Source: a virus
Length of the DNA: 64,000 nt
Reading direction: 5' to 3' (one strand)
IMG/VR virus record: IMGVR_UViG_3300045988_100686
Span: 1-64,000 of that record
Shown: piece after piece, positions 37,193 to 46,133 of the stretch
How positions within the stretch are numbered: the first letter of the stretch is position 1
How the letters are laid out: each line of letters starts with the position of its first letter
Notes under the pieces: generated by a model
Seen by the model: only the letters and a program-made list of their open reading frames with translations
Told to the model about the DNA's origin: nothing
The model's database searches: none
Program-made: the position numbers and the translations under genes

Positions 37193-37522
37193 ATGGAAAA
37201 CTTAGATAGAATGTCTCGTTCAGAATTATTAGAATACGTAACTATTCATACCAATGAGTTAGATTTATTAGTAGCTTTAGCAGAAGAGGCTGCAGAGTTA
37301 AGCAAGGCAGCATTGAAGCTTGCAAGAGCTCGCAAATATGTAAATCATCCAACACCAGTACAGAGTGACCAGGCATTAAAAGACTTAGTAGAGGAATACA
37401 CAGATGTAAAACTTTGTGTTGACGCATTCGCAATAGATTATGATCCAGACCTGTTGCAGAAGAAAACACTGCGTTGGGCAAAGAGACTTGAAAGAGCAGC
37501 AGAGGAACAAAAGGAGGGTTAA
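37193..37522 (+). CDS. MazG-like nucleotide pyrophosphohydrolase (small all-alpha NTP-PPase)
   Basis: EEAAELSKA (EExxEL) and EEYTDV (E-x2-D) motifs, about 109 aa. Confidence 0.5.
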   Translation: MENLDRMSRSELLEYVTIHTNELDLLVALAEEAAELSKAALKLARARKYVNHPTPVQSDQALKDLVEEYTDVKLCVDAFAIDYDPDLLQKKTLRWAKRLERAAEEQKEG

Positions 37523-37523
37523 T

Positions 37524-38078
37524 ATGAAAGTTATAATCTATATAAACATGACTACTGGGCTGGAACAACTAAAAGAATTTCAAGAAAAGTTTAAAGATGG
37601 GGAAGCAGAATTTCATTTCTCTCACTTGCAATCTACACATTTGGAACAAGTGAACTATAAAGCTTTTCTTAACTCCGTGGACAACGATATGCTTATGTAT
37701 TTAGCTTTAGATTGGCCTATATTGTTCATAGATTCAGGATCTCGCTATAAGGATGGAATTCCTCGCACAATTTATCAAGGACTTCAGTTTCTAAAATATG
37801 TTTGTACAAGAATGTGGTTTGGTGTAGATGAGAAGGACTTGTGCAAAGTAAAATGTTTTAACTGTCATAAATTCTTCCAAGGAAAGTATGCTGAGCTTTT
37901 CATCAATTCTGATACAAAGGACAATCAATTATGTAAGAAATTCAAATATTTCAAGAAATACGCAGTACCTCGTGAATACTTTAACTTAGTTGGAATCTCC
38001 CAGGTTAGCGTGTTCGACGGAAAGCCTCAAGCGTATTTAGACATTGTTTCTGAGTGTTTGACAAATAAATCTGAATAA
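37524..38078 (+). CDS. hypothetical protein
   Basis: ATG at 37524 after AAGGAGGG. Confidence 0.45.
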   Translation: MKVIIYINMTTGLEQLKEFQEKFKDGEAEFHFSHLQSTHLEQVNYKAFLNSVDNDMLMYLALDWPILFIDSGSRYKDGIPRTIYQGLQFLKYVCTRMWFGVDEKDLCKVKCFNCHKFFQGKYAELFINSDTKDNQLCKKFKYFKKYAVPREYFNLVGISQVSVFDGKPQAYLDIVSECLTNKSE

Positions 38079-38093
38079 TTTCTCTAAAAGTGC

Positions 38094-38122
38094 TTGACAA
38101 TGCCTATCACGTATGCTATACT
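38094..38122 (+). promoter_or_regulatory. sigma-A-type promoter TTGACA-17-TATACT
   Basis: Read directly upstream of the sigma-factor gene. Confidence 0.7.
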
Positions 38123-38160
38123 GTACTCATAAACAGGAATAACAAAGCGAGGTAGGCATT

Positions 38161-39105
38161 ATGAGCACAAATACCACTCATAGCCCCTCTAATGATGACT
38201 TAGAAGCTTTAGCCGAAAAGCGAGGAGTACATAGTTCACTACTCACATTGCTTCAACATCAGAAACCTTCAGATGTTTCAGACGCAGTGTTATGTGAACA
38301 GATACGAAAAGGTGACCAGACTGCAGCTTTTCAGCTCCTTGTTCACCACTATCGCTATATTATAGCTAAAGCGATGCAGATAGCTTCCGGAAGACATTTT
38401 TCAGATGACATACTGCAAGCTGGCGCTGTAGGGTTATACGAGGCGGCTAGTAGATACGACGCTACTAAACACGTAAAGTTTCTTACATACGCACATTATT
38501 GGATACTAAAATTTCTTTATATTGAAGTACGCAATGAGCTCCTCCCTCTTGGTGGATTATATATTGCTAGAGATAATAAAGAACGACTTTTTAATTATAT
38601 AAAGTATTCAATGATGGGCTGGACAGACGCCCAAATACTAGAAAAACTAAACATTAAACAAGAAGCATTAGACGAGTTAAAGTTACTCAACAGGATTGCT
38701 TCGCGGTTAAAAAGTTTAGATGATCTACGTTCTGATGGTGATAAAGATGATTTAGATCCATATGATTTCTTAGGAATGCCAACGCATAAGAGTGCAGAGG
38801 ATGAATACATTTCCATGGAATTACAAAATTACGTAGAAGCATTAGTATCTGATTTAAAGATCACAGAACCAAAGTTGGCTAAATTTTTAAATTATGAACT
38901 TGGCCTTAATAGTCATGCACAATTAACAAAATCAGAAATATGTAAAACCCTTAAAATTTCTCCGTTGGAGTATAAAGGTCTTAAAGACTCCGGAATTCAA
39001 TACCTACGCACACAGATGATTGAAGACGGATGGATGGATAAAAAAAAGGATAAAATAAAGGAGATTGTTGATGAATGGCTCATACAAAACGAACCATCAC
39101 AGTAG
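38161..39105 (+). CDS. phage-encoded sigma-70-family RNA polymerase sigma factor
   Basis: Region 2 (AAFQLLVHHYRYIIAKAM ... GLYEAASRYD..K.KFLTYAHYWILKF) and region 4-like C-terminus. Confidence 0.75.
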   Translation: MSTNTTHSPSNDDLEALAEKRGVHSSLLTLLQHQKPSDVSDAVLCEQIRKGDQTAAFQLLVHHYRYIIAKAMQIASGRHFSDDILQAGAVGLYEAASRYDATKHVKFLTYAHYWILKFLYIEVRNELLPLGGLYIARDNKERLFNYIKYSMMGWTDAQILEKLNIKQEALDELKLLNRIASRLKSLDDLRSDGDKDDLDPYDFLGMPTHKSAEDEYISMELQNYVEALVSDLKITEPKLAKFLNYELGLNSHAQLTKSEICKTLKISPLEYKGLKDSGIQYLRTQMIEDGWMDKKKDKIKEIVDEWLIQNEPSQ

Positions 39106-39662
39106 AATATTTAGCTGAGGATTCTCCTTTTACTCAATCAGATTATCTGTATTATGTTGGCATTGATCCTTCTTATTCATCAACAGGACTTGTAATTCTA
39201 GACGGGATACATAATGTACCATTAGTTAATTGTCATATTAAGGCTGGCAACCCTAAAGATCCTTTTTATGTTCGTATACGGAAATTATTAGATGCATTAT
39301 CCGATAACTTACTGCATTTCAATACCGATGATATTTATGTAGTTATGGAAGGTGCAGCATTTGCGTCTGAGTTTAATGCATTCAAATTAGGCAAACTCAG
39401 TGGAGTAATTGAATACTTTCTTGGTGAACATAAAATAGCGTATAGCCTAGTAGCTCCTACTTTTGCAAAAAAAGTTGCAACTGGAAAGGGTTCTGCAGAC
39501 AAACTAGCTGTTATGCAAGGAGTAAGGAACAAGTGGGGTTTTCGGAGTAACTGTGATGATGAAAATGACGCATATGTCATGGCGCAGATTGCACGTGGAG
39601 CTCGACCAGAAACTCCCATAAAAAAGAGGAGACAAAGCAAAAATGTTAAGTCTAGTACGTAG
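39075..39662 (+). CDS. RuvC-like Holliday junction resolvase
   Basis: VGIDPSYSSTGLVILDG, VVMEGAAF, KKVATGKGSADKLAVMQGV and DENDAYVMAQIA follow the RuvC catalytic pattern. Confidence 0.75.
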   Translation: MAHTKRTITVEYLAEDSPFTQSDYLYYVGIDPSYSSTGLVILDGIHNVPLVNCHIKAGNPKDPFYVRIRKLLDALSDNLLHFNTDDIYVVMEGAAFASEFNAFKLGKLSGVIEYFLGEHKIAYSLVAPTFAKKVATGKGSADKLAVMQGVRNKWGFRSNCDDENDAYVMAQIARGARPETPIKKRRQSKNVKSST

Positions 39663-39805
39663 ATTTACAAGTAAATTCATGAAAAGTGCAACAGCAAAAA
39701 TGCTTGATTCGTTGTACACGTTTACCTACTTAGTGAGCTTAAGAGCTATTGATCTACGAGTTAGCTAAGTTGCAATATATAAAAACATGAAAGGAGACCA
39801 TTAAA

Positions 39806-40072
39806 ATGGCTTTAACTACTGTAAAGGAACTAACTGCAAAAATTGCAGAAAAAGAGGGTATGCCGAAACTTCAGGCATACAAGGTTTGGATGGACATCTG
39901 CGAGATTCTGAAAGATGAACTTACTGCAGGAAATAAAGTTCGTCTGCGTAACATTGGAACTCTTTCCCGCAGAGATCGTAAAGCAAAACCATTCCGTCTG
40001 CCGAATGGTACTGAAGGCGTAAGCACTCCAAAGTTTGGCTTCAAACTTGCTTCCAACACCTACGCTCTGTAA
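39806..40072 (+). CDS. HU/IHF-family histone-like DNA-binding protein
   Basis: KVRLRNIGTLSRRDRKAKPFRLPNGTEGVSTPKFGFKLAS matches the HU arm region. Confidence 0.8.
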   Translation: MALTTVKELTAKIAEKEGMPKLQAYKVWMDICEILKDELTAGNKVRLRNIGTLSRRDRKAKPFRLPNGTEGVSTPKFGFKLASNTYAL

Positions 40073-40191
40073 CCAATTAGCCCTTTGGAACGTCCTTAGG
40101 GACACCTCTTTCTAACTTGGGGGTCGTAAAATTATCTGCGGCCCCCACTCTTAGTTTATAGTAATTAGAAACCAGAAAGGAGCTACATATC

Positions 40192-40797
40192 ATGACTCAA
40201 ATCAGTGTAGCACGAGCATTAACAAAACTCAAAACAACAAAAGCAAAAATTAATGTAAAGATTAAACATATTGCTGCAAACGCATATGGAAATTCCAAGA
40301 CTACGTCAATTTTATCAAAGGTTACTAATGTGGAAGGAAACCGCAAGGAAACCACATCTCAAATAACCGCTACAATCCAGTCCTACAAGGACCTTATGAA
40401 GTACTACCGTGTAGTATCCCTGGCTATCCAAGAATCAAACAGTAAAACTATCATTCACACTGATGCCTTTGGAGATATCTCTGTAGCTGATGCTATCATT
40501 ATTACCACAAAATTAAATGATAACATTAAAGATTTCTCTAGCGCTCTTAGTACTTGCATCACAAAAGCTACTGAGTCTGCGGAAAACTTTAACAAGAAAA
40601 GTTTCTCAAAGACTATCACAGAAAGCATGGATAAAAGTACAGCTGATGCATTGTTAGCACAACCGTGTGTATATTTTAACCCAGCAGAAGCTGAAGCTGC
40701 TAACATTATGGCCCTGTATATCCATGATGAATTAAATTCTCTTATCAACGAAAGCAACGCAATTACAATGATTGATGTTCCTGATGAAGTAAACTAA
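40192..40797 (+). CDS. hypothetical protein
   Basis: Track ORF with AAAGGAG ribosome-binding site. Confidence 0.5.
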   Translation: MTQISVARALTKLKTTKAKINVKIKHIAANAYGNSKTTSILSKVTNVEGNRKETTSQITATIQSYKDLMKYYRVVSLAIQESNSKTIIHTDAFGDISVADAIIITTKLNDNIKDFSSALSTCITKATESAENFNKKSFSKTITESMDKSTADALLAQPCVYFNPAEAEAANIMALYIHDELNSLINESNAITMIDVPDEVN

Positions 40798-40829
40798 TAC
40801 ATCAATACCTGACTGCTAATATAATAATT

Positions 40830-40903
40830 GCGGATATAGTTCAACGGTAGAATAGTGGCCTTCCAAGCCATATATGCGGGTTCGATTCCCGTTATCCGCT
40901 CCA
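40830..40903 (+). tRNA. tRNA-Gly (anticodon TCC)
   Basis: Cloverleaf: acceptor GCGGATA/TATCCGC, anticodon loop CTTCCAA, T-loop TTCGATT, encoded CCA. Confidence 0.8.
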
Positions 40904-40967
40904 ACAAACAATATCTCCCTAGAAAGCCATGCTATTCTGGGGAGTTTTATTATTTAGGAGAAAGCGT

Positions 40968-41396
40968 ATGTCAGAAACTAACCAATCATCATTTAACACT
41001 GTAAAGTCATATTTGGTAGAAATTACCTTTAAATTTGATACAAACAGCATAATTATTTTACAAACTTTAGTAAGAGGTTTAAGTCCTCGCGATTGTCTAG
41101 GATTTGCACTAGAGAAAGCCTTGCCATTTATAGGAAACCGTGGAGTTCACTATATTACTGGAAAGCTTGTATATAATTATAGGTTTGCAAAAATTTATGC
41201 GTATAACAACGAAGGTAAACTAGTAGGTATATATAATCATACAAAGTTCAAAGATCTAGCGAGTCACATATCTAAGGTAGAAATACTAGGTGAATATGAT
41301 GACAATGATAGTCTCCCCAATAATTTAGGTGATCGAGTATATATGGATCCGGGGATTCATACAGTTAGATACAAGGAGGTTATACATGAAGACTAA
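40968..41396 (+). CDS. hypothetical protein
   Basis: ATG at 40968 after TAGGAGAAAG. Confidence 0.45.
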   Translation: MSETNQSSFNTVKSYLVEITFKFDTNSIIILQTLVRGLSPRDCLGFALEKALPFIGNRGVHYITGKLVYNYRFAKIYAYNNEGKLVGIYNHTKFKDLASHISKVEILGEYDDNDSLPNNLGDRVYMDPGIHTVRYKEVIHED

Positions 41397-41778
41397 AGTT
41401 TTGTACTTAATTAGAGGGGTTCCGGGATCCGGAAAAACAACTCTTGGTAAACAATTAATTAAAGGAACTGACGGAGTAATTTTTAGTGCCGACGATTATT
41501 TTACAGCTTCTGACGGATTTTATCAATTTGATCCAAGTAGGTTATATGAGGCTCACAGATGTTGTCAGTTAGACTGTGAGTGTGCTATGATTACTGGACT
41601 AACTCCTGTAGTTGTAGCTAACGTTTTTCATAAACGACTATATATGGAGCCTTACATTGAATATGCTAAGGAAAACGGGTATCATGTAGTGGAAATCTGT
41701 GTAAAGAGTGATTTTAAAAATATACATGGATGCCCTGAAGATAAAGTAAAGTTATTCAAAGAAACTTTCGAGTACTAA
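41387..41778 (+). CDS. P-loop NTPase/kinase (AAA_33-like)
   Basis: Walker A LIRGVPGSGKTTL; ATG at 41387 after AAGGAGG. Confidence 0.6.
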
Positions 41779-41791
41779 GGAGGAAAAGAAT

Positions 41792-42568
41792 GTGAGTAAT
41801 GTAACTGTATTTAACAATGACGTCTTTGGGGCACTAAGAACAATTGAAAGAGATGGTGAAATCTGGTTTGTAGGTAAAGAAGTTGCTGAGATGTTAGGAT
41901 ACAGTAATGCTAGAAATGCTGTAGTAAATCATGTTGATAGTGACGATAAGCTGCGTACCCAAATCGAGTACGCAGGTCAACGACGCGAAGTATCATTAAT
42001 TAACGAATCTGGACTATACTCGTTAATACTATCTAGTAAATTGCCCGCTGCTAAAGATTTCAAACGTTGGGTAACTTCAGAGGTACTTCCTAGTATTCGC
42101 AAAACAGGAAATTACAAAATTCAATCTTCAAAGGTAACACCAGAGGAACTTGAAGTACGCAAGATTGAGGCGCAGGCTAATCTAAATGCAACAAGATCAG
42201 AACAAAGTAAGTTACTTCTTTCCATAGCAGACACAGTTTCCAATGAGCTTTATAAGGAGACCCTGAAATCAGTAGCAGTAGCAACGCTTACAGGCAAAGA
42301 ATACCTGCCGCTACCAAAGATAGAATGCAACTACCATACTACTACTGAGTTAGCTACTATTTTGAGCAAAAAGTTCAATAGGAAAGTGTCAGCCAACATA
42401 GTAGGAAGGCTAACAACCAAAAATAATCTCAAAACGGAAGAATACGCAGTAAAAGTATGGGATAAAGCAAAATTCAGTAATAAACAGATAGAATCTTACA
42501 GATATAAAGATACTGTCATTGAACCTCTTTGTAAAGCTTACGAAGTATACTTACAAATTCATTCCTAA
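41792..42568 (+). CDS. Bro-N domain protein (antirepressor-like)
   Basis: VFGALRTIERDGEIWFVGKEVAEMLGY...FKRWVTSEVLPSIRKTG. Confidence 0.7.
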   Translation: MSNVTVFNNDVFGALRTIERDGEIWFVGKEVAEMLGYSNARNAVVNHVDSDDKLRTQIEYAGQRREVSLINESGLYSLILSSKLPAAKDFKRWVTSEVLPSIRKTGNYKIQSSKVTPEELEVRKIEAQANLNATRSEQSKLLLSIADTVSNELYKETLKSVAVATLTGKEYLPLPKIECNYHTTTELATILSKKFNRKVSANIVGRLTTKNNLKTEEYAVKVWDKAKFSNKQIESYRYKDTVIEPLCKAYEVYLQIHS

Positions 42569-42571
42569 AAT

Positions 42572-42583
42572 TGGTATAAGTAT
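42572..42583 (+). promoter_or_regulatory. extended -10 motif TGGTATAAGTAT (copy 4), with TTACAA 18 nt upstream
   Basis: Exact motif match. Confidence 0.45.
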
Positions 42584-42592
42584 AATGTAAAA

Positions 42593-42664
42593 GAATACGT
42601 AGATCAAGCGGTAAGATCACCCTGGTACCTGCGGAGATCCGATGTTCGAGTCATCGGCGTATTC
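42593..42664 (+). ncRNA. tRNA-like element (pseudo-tRNA) in the 5' leader of the 42695 gene
   Basis: Perfect acceptor pair GAATACG/CGTATTC, D-arm GATC/GATC and T-arm CCGATG-TTCGAGT-CATCGG. The anticodon arm is irregular (CCCTG/CGGAG with a C-A mismatch, loop GTACCTG). Confidence 0.4.
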
Positions 42665-42694
42665 TTTTATTTTAGTTAAAGGAGGAAAAAATAA

Positions 42695-42946
42695 ATGTTT
42701 ACGAAGAAACAATATGAAGAATTTGAGGCACTTACGACTCCCGTAATCAACTGGATTAAAAGCTTAGACGATCCGGATGTATTAGTAACTATTGATGGAG
42801 CAGAAGCTGTATTACACGTTCCTCAACTTGTGAACATGGATTACGAATTTGAGGAAATGACTAAGGACCTTGATGAATTTTTAGATAGCAAAAAGGATGA
42901 AGATCCTAAAAAAGAAGCAGATAAACCGTCTACCATTTTAAACTAA
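42695..42946 (+). CDS. small acidic hypothetical protein
   Basis: AAAGGAGG ribosome-binding site. Confidence 0.5.
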   Translation: MFTKKQYEEFEALTTPVINWIKSLDDPDVLVTIDGAEAVLHVPQLVNMDYEFEEMTKDLDEFLDSKKDEDPKKEADKPSTILN

Positions 42947-42968
42947 GCATAAAACGGGGGAAATTACA

Positions 42969-43550
42969 ATGAAAACACACTTAAAGACACTAATAGCAAT
43001 TATCTGTGGATTAATTATCTGTGTAGTAGCTTTCAACCTTGTGAATAATAATTCAACACCAAAAGTGATACCACCAAAGGTACTACAAGATAACTTAACA
43101 AATTCCCAGATATTTTGTATGATGGGATCATATAATTTGCGTGATGAATCGTGGCACGATGACGTGATCTTGTCACCTAAGAATTATCAATTCGTAGAAA
43201 AAGACGAATTTATTAGATATCTTAGAACAGCCAAGTCATCCTCTATCCTAAACGCAGATGAACAAACCACCTTAAGAAATGACATAATTAAACTTGCTAA
43301 GTATGCTGGACGTCAAGTAACTACTAAAAACAAAGATGACCATGAGGTTACTGATTATTTTTATCTCTATGCTAATGCTGGACAGCTCTATCAAGTAACA
43401 TTTAAAGACGGTTGTATATTTAAGGCAGTCCAAACTACAGAAAAGGGATACATCTCGTTTGAGATAGCCCCTAACTTAATGTTATCACATGAATGGAAAG
43501 CGTCACCTAAATTATTACACAAATTAAACAACGAATACTGCGGCTGGTAG
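42969..43550 (+). CDS. membrane-anchored hypothetical protein
   Basis: N-terminal TM LIAIICGLIICVVAF. Confidence 0.5.
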   Translation: MKTHLKTLIAIICGLIICVVAFNLVNNNSTPKVIPPKVLQDNLTNSQIFCMMGSYNLRDESWHDDVILSPKNYQFVEKDEFIRYLRTAKSSSILNADEQTTLRNDIIKLAKYAGRQVTTKNKDDHEVTDYFYLYANAGQLYQVTFKDGCIFKAVQTTEKGYISFEIAPNLMLSHEWKASPKLLHKLNNEYCGW

Positions 43551-43615
43551 GTATAATTTTAGTAAAGGCAGTGTCGTTATTCAGAGGCTTTTCACAAAAA
43601 GTACATAATTTAAAG

Positions 43616-43644
43616 TTGACATTTGCTGTGCTTCTTATTATAAT
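43616..43644 (+). promoter_or_regulatory. sigma-A-type promoter TTGACA-17-TATAAT for the tRNA cluster
   Basis: Perfect consensus; the first tRNA starts about 30 nt downstream. Confidence 0.75.
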
Positions 43645-43673
43645 ATATGTATGAAACACAGTTTATCTTTTAA

Positions 43674-43748
43674 GGTTCAGTAGCTCAGTGGAAGAGCAGG
43701 GTACTCATAATACTCTAGTCCTGGGTTCAAACCCCAGCTGAACCTCCA
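43674..43748 (+). tRNA. tRNA-Met/Ile2 (anticodon CAT)
   Basis: Acceptor GGTTCAG/CTGAACC, anticodon loop CTCATAA, encoded CCA. Confidence 0.8.
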
Positions 43749-43775
43749 AATTTGTTAATCACATTTAACATAAAT

Positions 43776-43860
43776 GCCGCCTTGGTGGAATTGGCAGACA
43801 CGCTAGACTTAGGATCTAGTGGATAATTCCGTAAGGGTTCGAGTCCCTTAGGCGGCACCA
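43776..43860 (+). tRNA. tRNA-Leu (anticodon TAG), long variable arm
   Basis: Acceptor GCCGCCT/AGGCGGC, anticodon stem CTAGA/TCTAG with loop CTTAGGA, encoded CCA. Confidence 0.8.
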
Positions 43861-43864
43861 ATTT

Positions 43865-43939
43865 CGGGCGTTGGTGTAATTGGTAACACTTCGGTCTCCA
43901 AAACCGACATTCTAAGTTCGAGTCTTAGACGCTTCGGCC
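43865..43939 (+). tRNA. tRNA-Trp (anticodon CCA), acceptor end noncanonical
   Basis: D-arm GTGT/ACAC, anticodon stem TCGGT/ACCGA with loop CTCCAAA, T-arm CTAAG-TTCGAGT-CTTAG. The acceptor pairs imperfectly (C1:C72) and the 3' end abuts tRNA-Pro. Confidence 0.55.
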
Positions 43940-43941
43940 AT

Positions 43942-44018
43942 CGGGATGTAGCGCAGTTTGGTAGCGCACGTGATTTGGGATCACGGTGTCGCAGGTTCAA
44001 ATCCTGTCATCCCGACCA
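43942..44018 (+). tRNA. tRNA-Pro (anticodon TGG)
   Basis: Acceptor CGGGATG/CATCCCG, anticodon loop TTTGGGA, encoded CCA. Confidence 0.8.
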
Positions 44019-44022
44019 CTAT

Positions 44023-44098
44023 GCTCCTGTGGCGCAATTGGCAGCGCAAGTGTTTTGTAAACATTAGGTTGTAGGTTCAAGTCCTATCAGGAGCTCCA
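44023..44098 (+). tRNA. tRNA-Thr (anticodon TGT)
   Basis: Acceptor GCTCCTG/CAGGAGC, anticodon loop TTTGTAA, encoded CCA. Confidence 0.8.
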
Positions 44099-44101
44099 TA
44101 C

Positions 44102-44191
44102 GGAAAGGTGGTCGAGTGGTTTAAGACAGCAGTCTTGAAAACTGCCGAAGACACAAATCTTCCGTGGGTTCAAATCCCACCCTTTCCGCCA
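44102..44191 (+). tRNA. tRNA-Ser (anticodon TGA), long variable arm
   Basis: Acceptor GGAAAGG/CCTTTCC, anticodon stem GCAGT/ACTGC with loop CTTGAAA, encoded CCA. Confidence 0.8.
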
Positions 44192-44555
44192 CAATTATTG
44201 TAATTATATACCGTAGTAACTTCAAAAACTGTTAACAATTAAGAAGAAAATTTCTTCATGCACACAATTTGCAAAAAGCATGACCAAATAATGAGGTTGG
44301 TGACCTGGGATTGCATGGACAAATCCAAAATAACCGGAGCGCGTTAGCTAGTTAGATAAAAGTAGCTTAGTTTCTTAGTTATACAAGTTTATAGAAGATA
44401 AGTTGAATAGACTATTACAAAAATCCTATGATCTACTTCTAGTGAAAGCTAGCAGGATAAACAGTGCCTGGAAGTTCAGACATACGGCAGGTATACAATT
44501 ATTAATATATTAGCATTAACGTGGTGTTAACCAAGTTAAACTGCTAAGTCCACTA

Positions 44556-44600
44556 GGCTCTCGGGCAACACCGAGGGCCTATTTTATTCTTCATTTTTTT
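44556..44600 (+). terminator. rho-independent terminator
   Basis: Stem GGCTCTCGG/CCGAGGGCC followed by a T-rich tract. Confidence 0.65.
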
Positions 44601-44602
44601 AC

Positions 44603-44631
44603 TTGACATCCGTTTTGCGGCATGATACAAT
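44603..44631 (+). promoter_or_regulatory. sigma-A-type promoter TTGACA-17-TACAAT
   Basis: Read directly. Confidence 0.7.
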
Positions 44632-44679
44632 AATCATGCAAGGACATTAAATGTCAAAATTAGAAAGGAGATTACAACA

Positions 44680-45564
44680 ATGGCAAAAGAAGCTAAAACT
44701 GAAGAAGCAAAACAAATGGAAGCAGTATCCAATATTCCTGATTTTGGAGATGAATTTGAAGGTGATATTGGTATTGAAGGAGGATCAGTTACTTTCAGTT
44801 CTATTCCTGTTCTTAAATTGACTCAAGCTATGAGCCCAGAGGTTCAGGACAGAAACTTCCCAGATGTATACGCAGGTATGTTTATCAATGATACCACAAA
44901 AGAGTGCCTGGGTGAAGAAGTAACCTGTCGTATTCTGCGCACTTGGAGATCCCGTGCAAAATTTGTTCCACGTGATGCAGGCAGTGGCATTGAGTGCAGC
45001 TGTCCTACATATAATTCTCCAGATGGTGACTTTGGTAGTGAATATGGTAGCTGTCGTACTTGCATGTACAACAATTTTACGCAGTCTGATCACTGCTTGA
45101 CTCAGTATAACATGATTATTACCATTAATGACAATCCTACTGACATGTATCGTGTAATACTGTCGAAGACATCCTTCAAGGCAGGACGCACTCTTGACAC
45201 CGCTTTACGTGCATTGAGTACTCGTTACAAACGTCAACCGATTTTCATGTTCAAGGTAAAGATCTCTGCAAAAGAAGCTACTAACACCAAGATCGGCAGC
45301 AAATATTTCGTTTATAAGCTGGATGTGATTCCTCCTAAAGCAGATGAACCGCTACTGAACGAGGATTCTATCCCTGAATACATTGATGCAATGCATCAAA
45401 TCGCAGATATTCGTACTGCACAATTAGAATATCATAAACGCCAATTAACTGAGAAATCCTCCTTCGATACTGCAGGTGCGCAAACATCAACTGATTTTGA
45501 GAAGATGGGAACAGCTCTTGCAGCAGAGCTTGCACCCGGCGGATCTGAAGAGATTCCGTTTTAA
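44680..45564 (+). CDS. hypothetical protein with Cys cluster (possible DNA-binding/replication accessory)
   Basis: Track ORF with GAAAGGAG ribosome-binding site. Confidence 0.5.
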   Translation: MAKEAKTEEAKQMEAVSNIPDFGDEFEGDIGIEGGSVTFSSIPVLKLTQAMSPEVQDRNFPDVYAGMFINDTTKECLGEEVTCRILRTWRSRAKFVPRDAGSGIECSCPTYNSPDGDFGSEYGSCRTCMYNNFTQSDHCLTQYNMIITINDNPTDMYRVILSKTSFKAGRTLDTALRALSTRYKRQPIFMFKVKISAKEATNTKIGSKYFVYKLDVIPPKADEPLLNEDSIPEYIDAMHQIADIRTAQLEYHKRQLTEKSSFDTAGAQTSTDFEKMGTALAAELAPGGSEEIPF

Positions 45565-45632
45565 TTAGTAAATTACATAAGGGGTTGAGGAGAGTGTTCT
45601 TCAACCCCGTATTTTTGAAAGGAGTTTTTTAG

Positions 45633-46133
45633 ATGTCTAATCTTGAACCTAAATCCACTGAAGTTAAACAGGAAGAAACAAGCGTAGAACAACAAGAAAC
45701 AGCAAAGGAATACCCAGTAATTCACTGTCAACGAGTTGTTCCCGGGAAAACAGCAGAGTCTATGGAAGATATTGAAGGTCTTGTAATTCAGCTTTCAGAA
45801 AATGGTGCGCTTTCACCTGAGTTGGTTCCCAAGTTCATCATGAATATGGATGTTGCAAAGCTTCCTAATGGAAGAACAACAATTGTGTCAGCTAGATGCC
45901 GCAACAATTTTATCATCACTGAAACTATCTCATCCCCAAGTCCAGATACTTATGATGAACAGGCAGCTGTTGAGATTTGCCGTAATAAAATTTATAGTAG
46001 ACTATGGGAAATGTTGCAATTCTTATATGCGACTGCAATAGTAACAACCAATACTATCGTATCTGAGTATAACGCTGCGCAACAGATTCCTGAGTCTGTA
46101 ACAAATGAAAGGACTGAAGAAAATGATGACTGA
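45633..46133 (+). CDS. hypothetical protein
   Basis: Track ORF. Confidence 0.5.
   Translation: MSNLEPKSTEVKQEETSVEQQETAKEYPVIHCQRVVPGKTAESMEDIEGLVIQLSENGALSPELVPKFIMNMDVAKLPNGRTTIVSARCRNNFIITETISSPSPDTYDEQAAVEICRNKIYSRLWEMLQFLYATAIVTTNTIVSEYNAAQQIPESVTNERTEENDD

Noticed and set aside
42593-42664. Calling the tRNA-like element a functional tRNA-Gly(ACC)
   Set aside because: The anticodon stem has a C-A mismatch, the loop has purine at 32 and pyrimidine at 37, and the variable region is too short. I keep it only as a tRNA-like or pseudo-tRNA element.
43674-44191. tRNA genes as integration att sites of a prophage
   Set aside because: No integrase and no flanking host genes. The tRNAs form a promoter-driven phage-encoded cluster.
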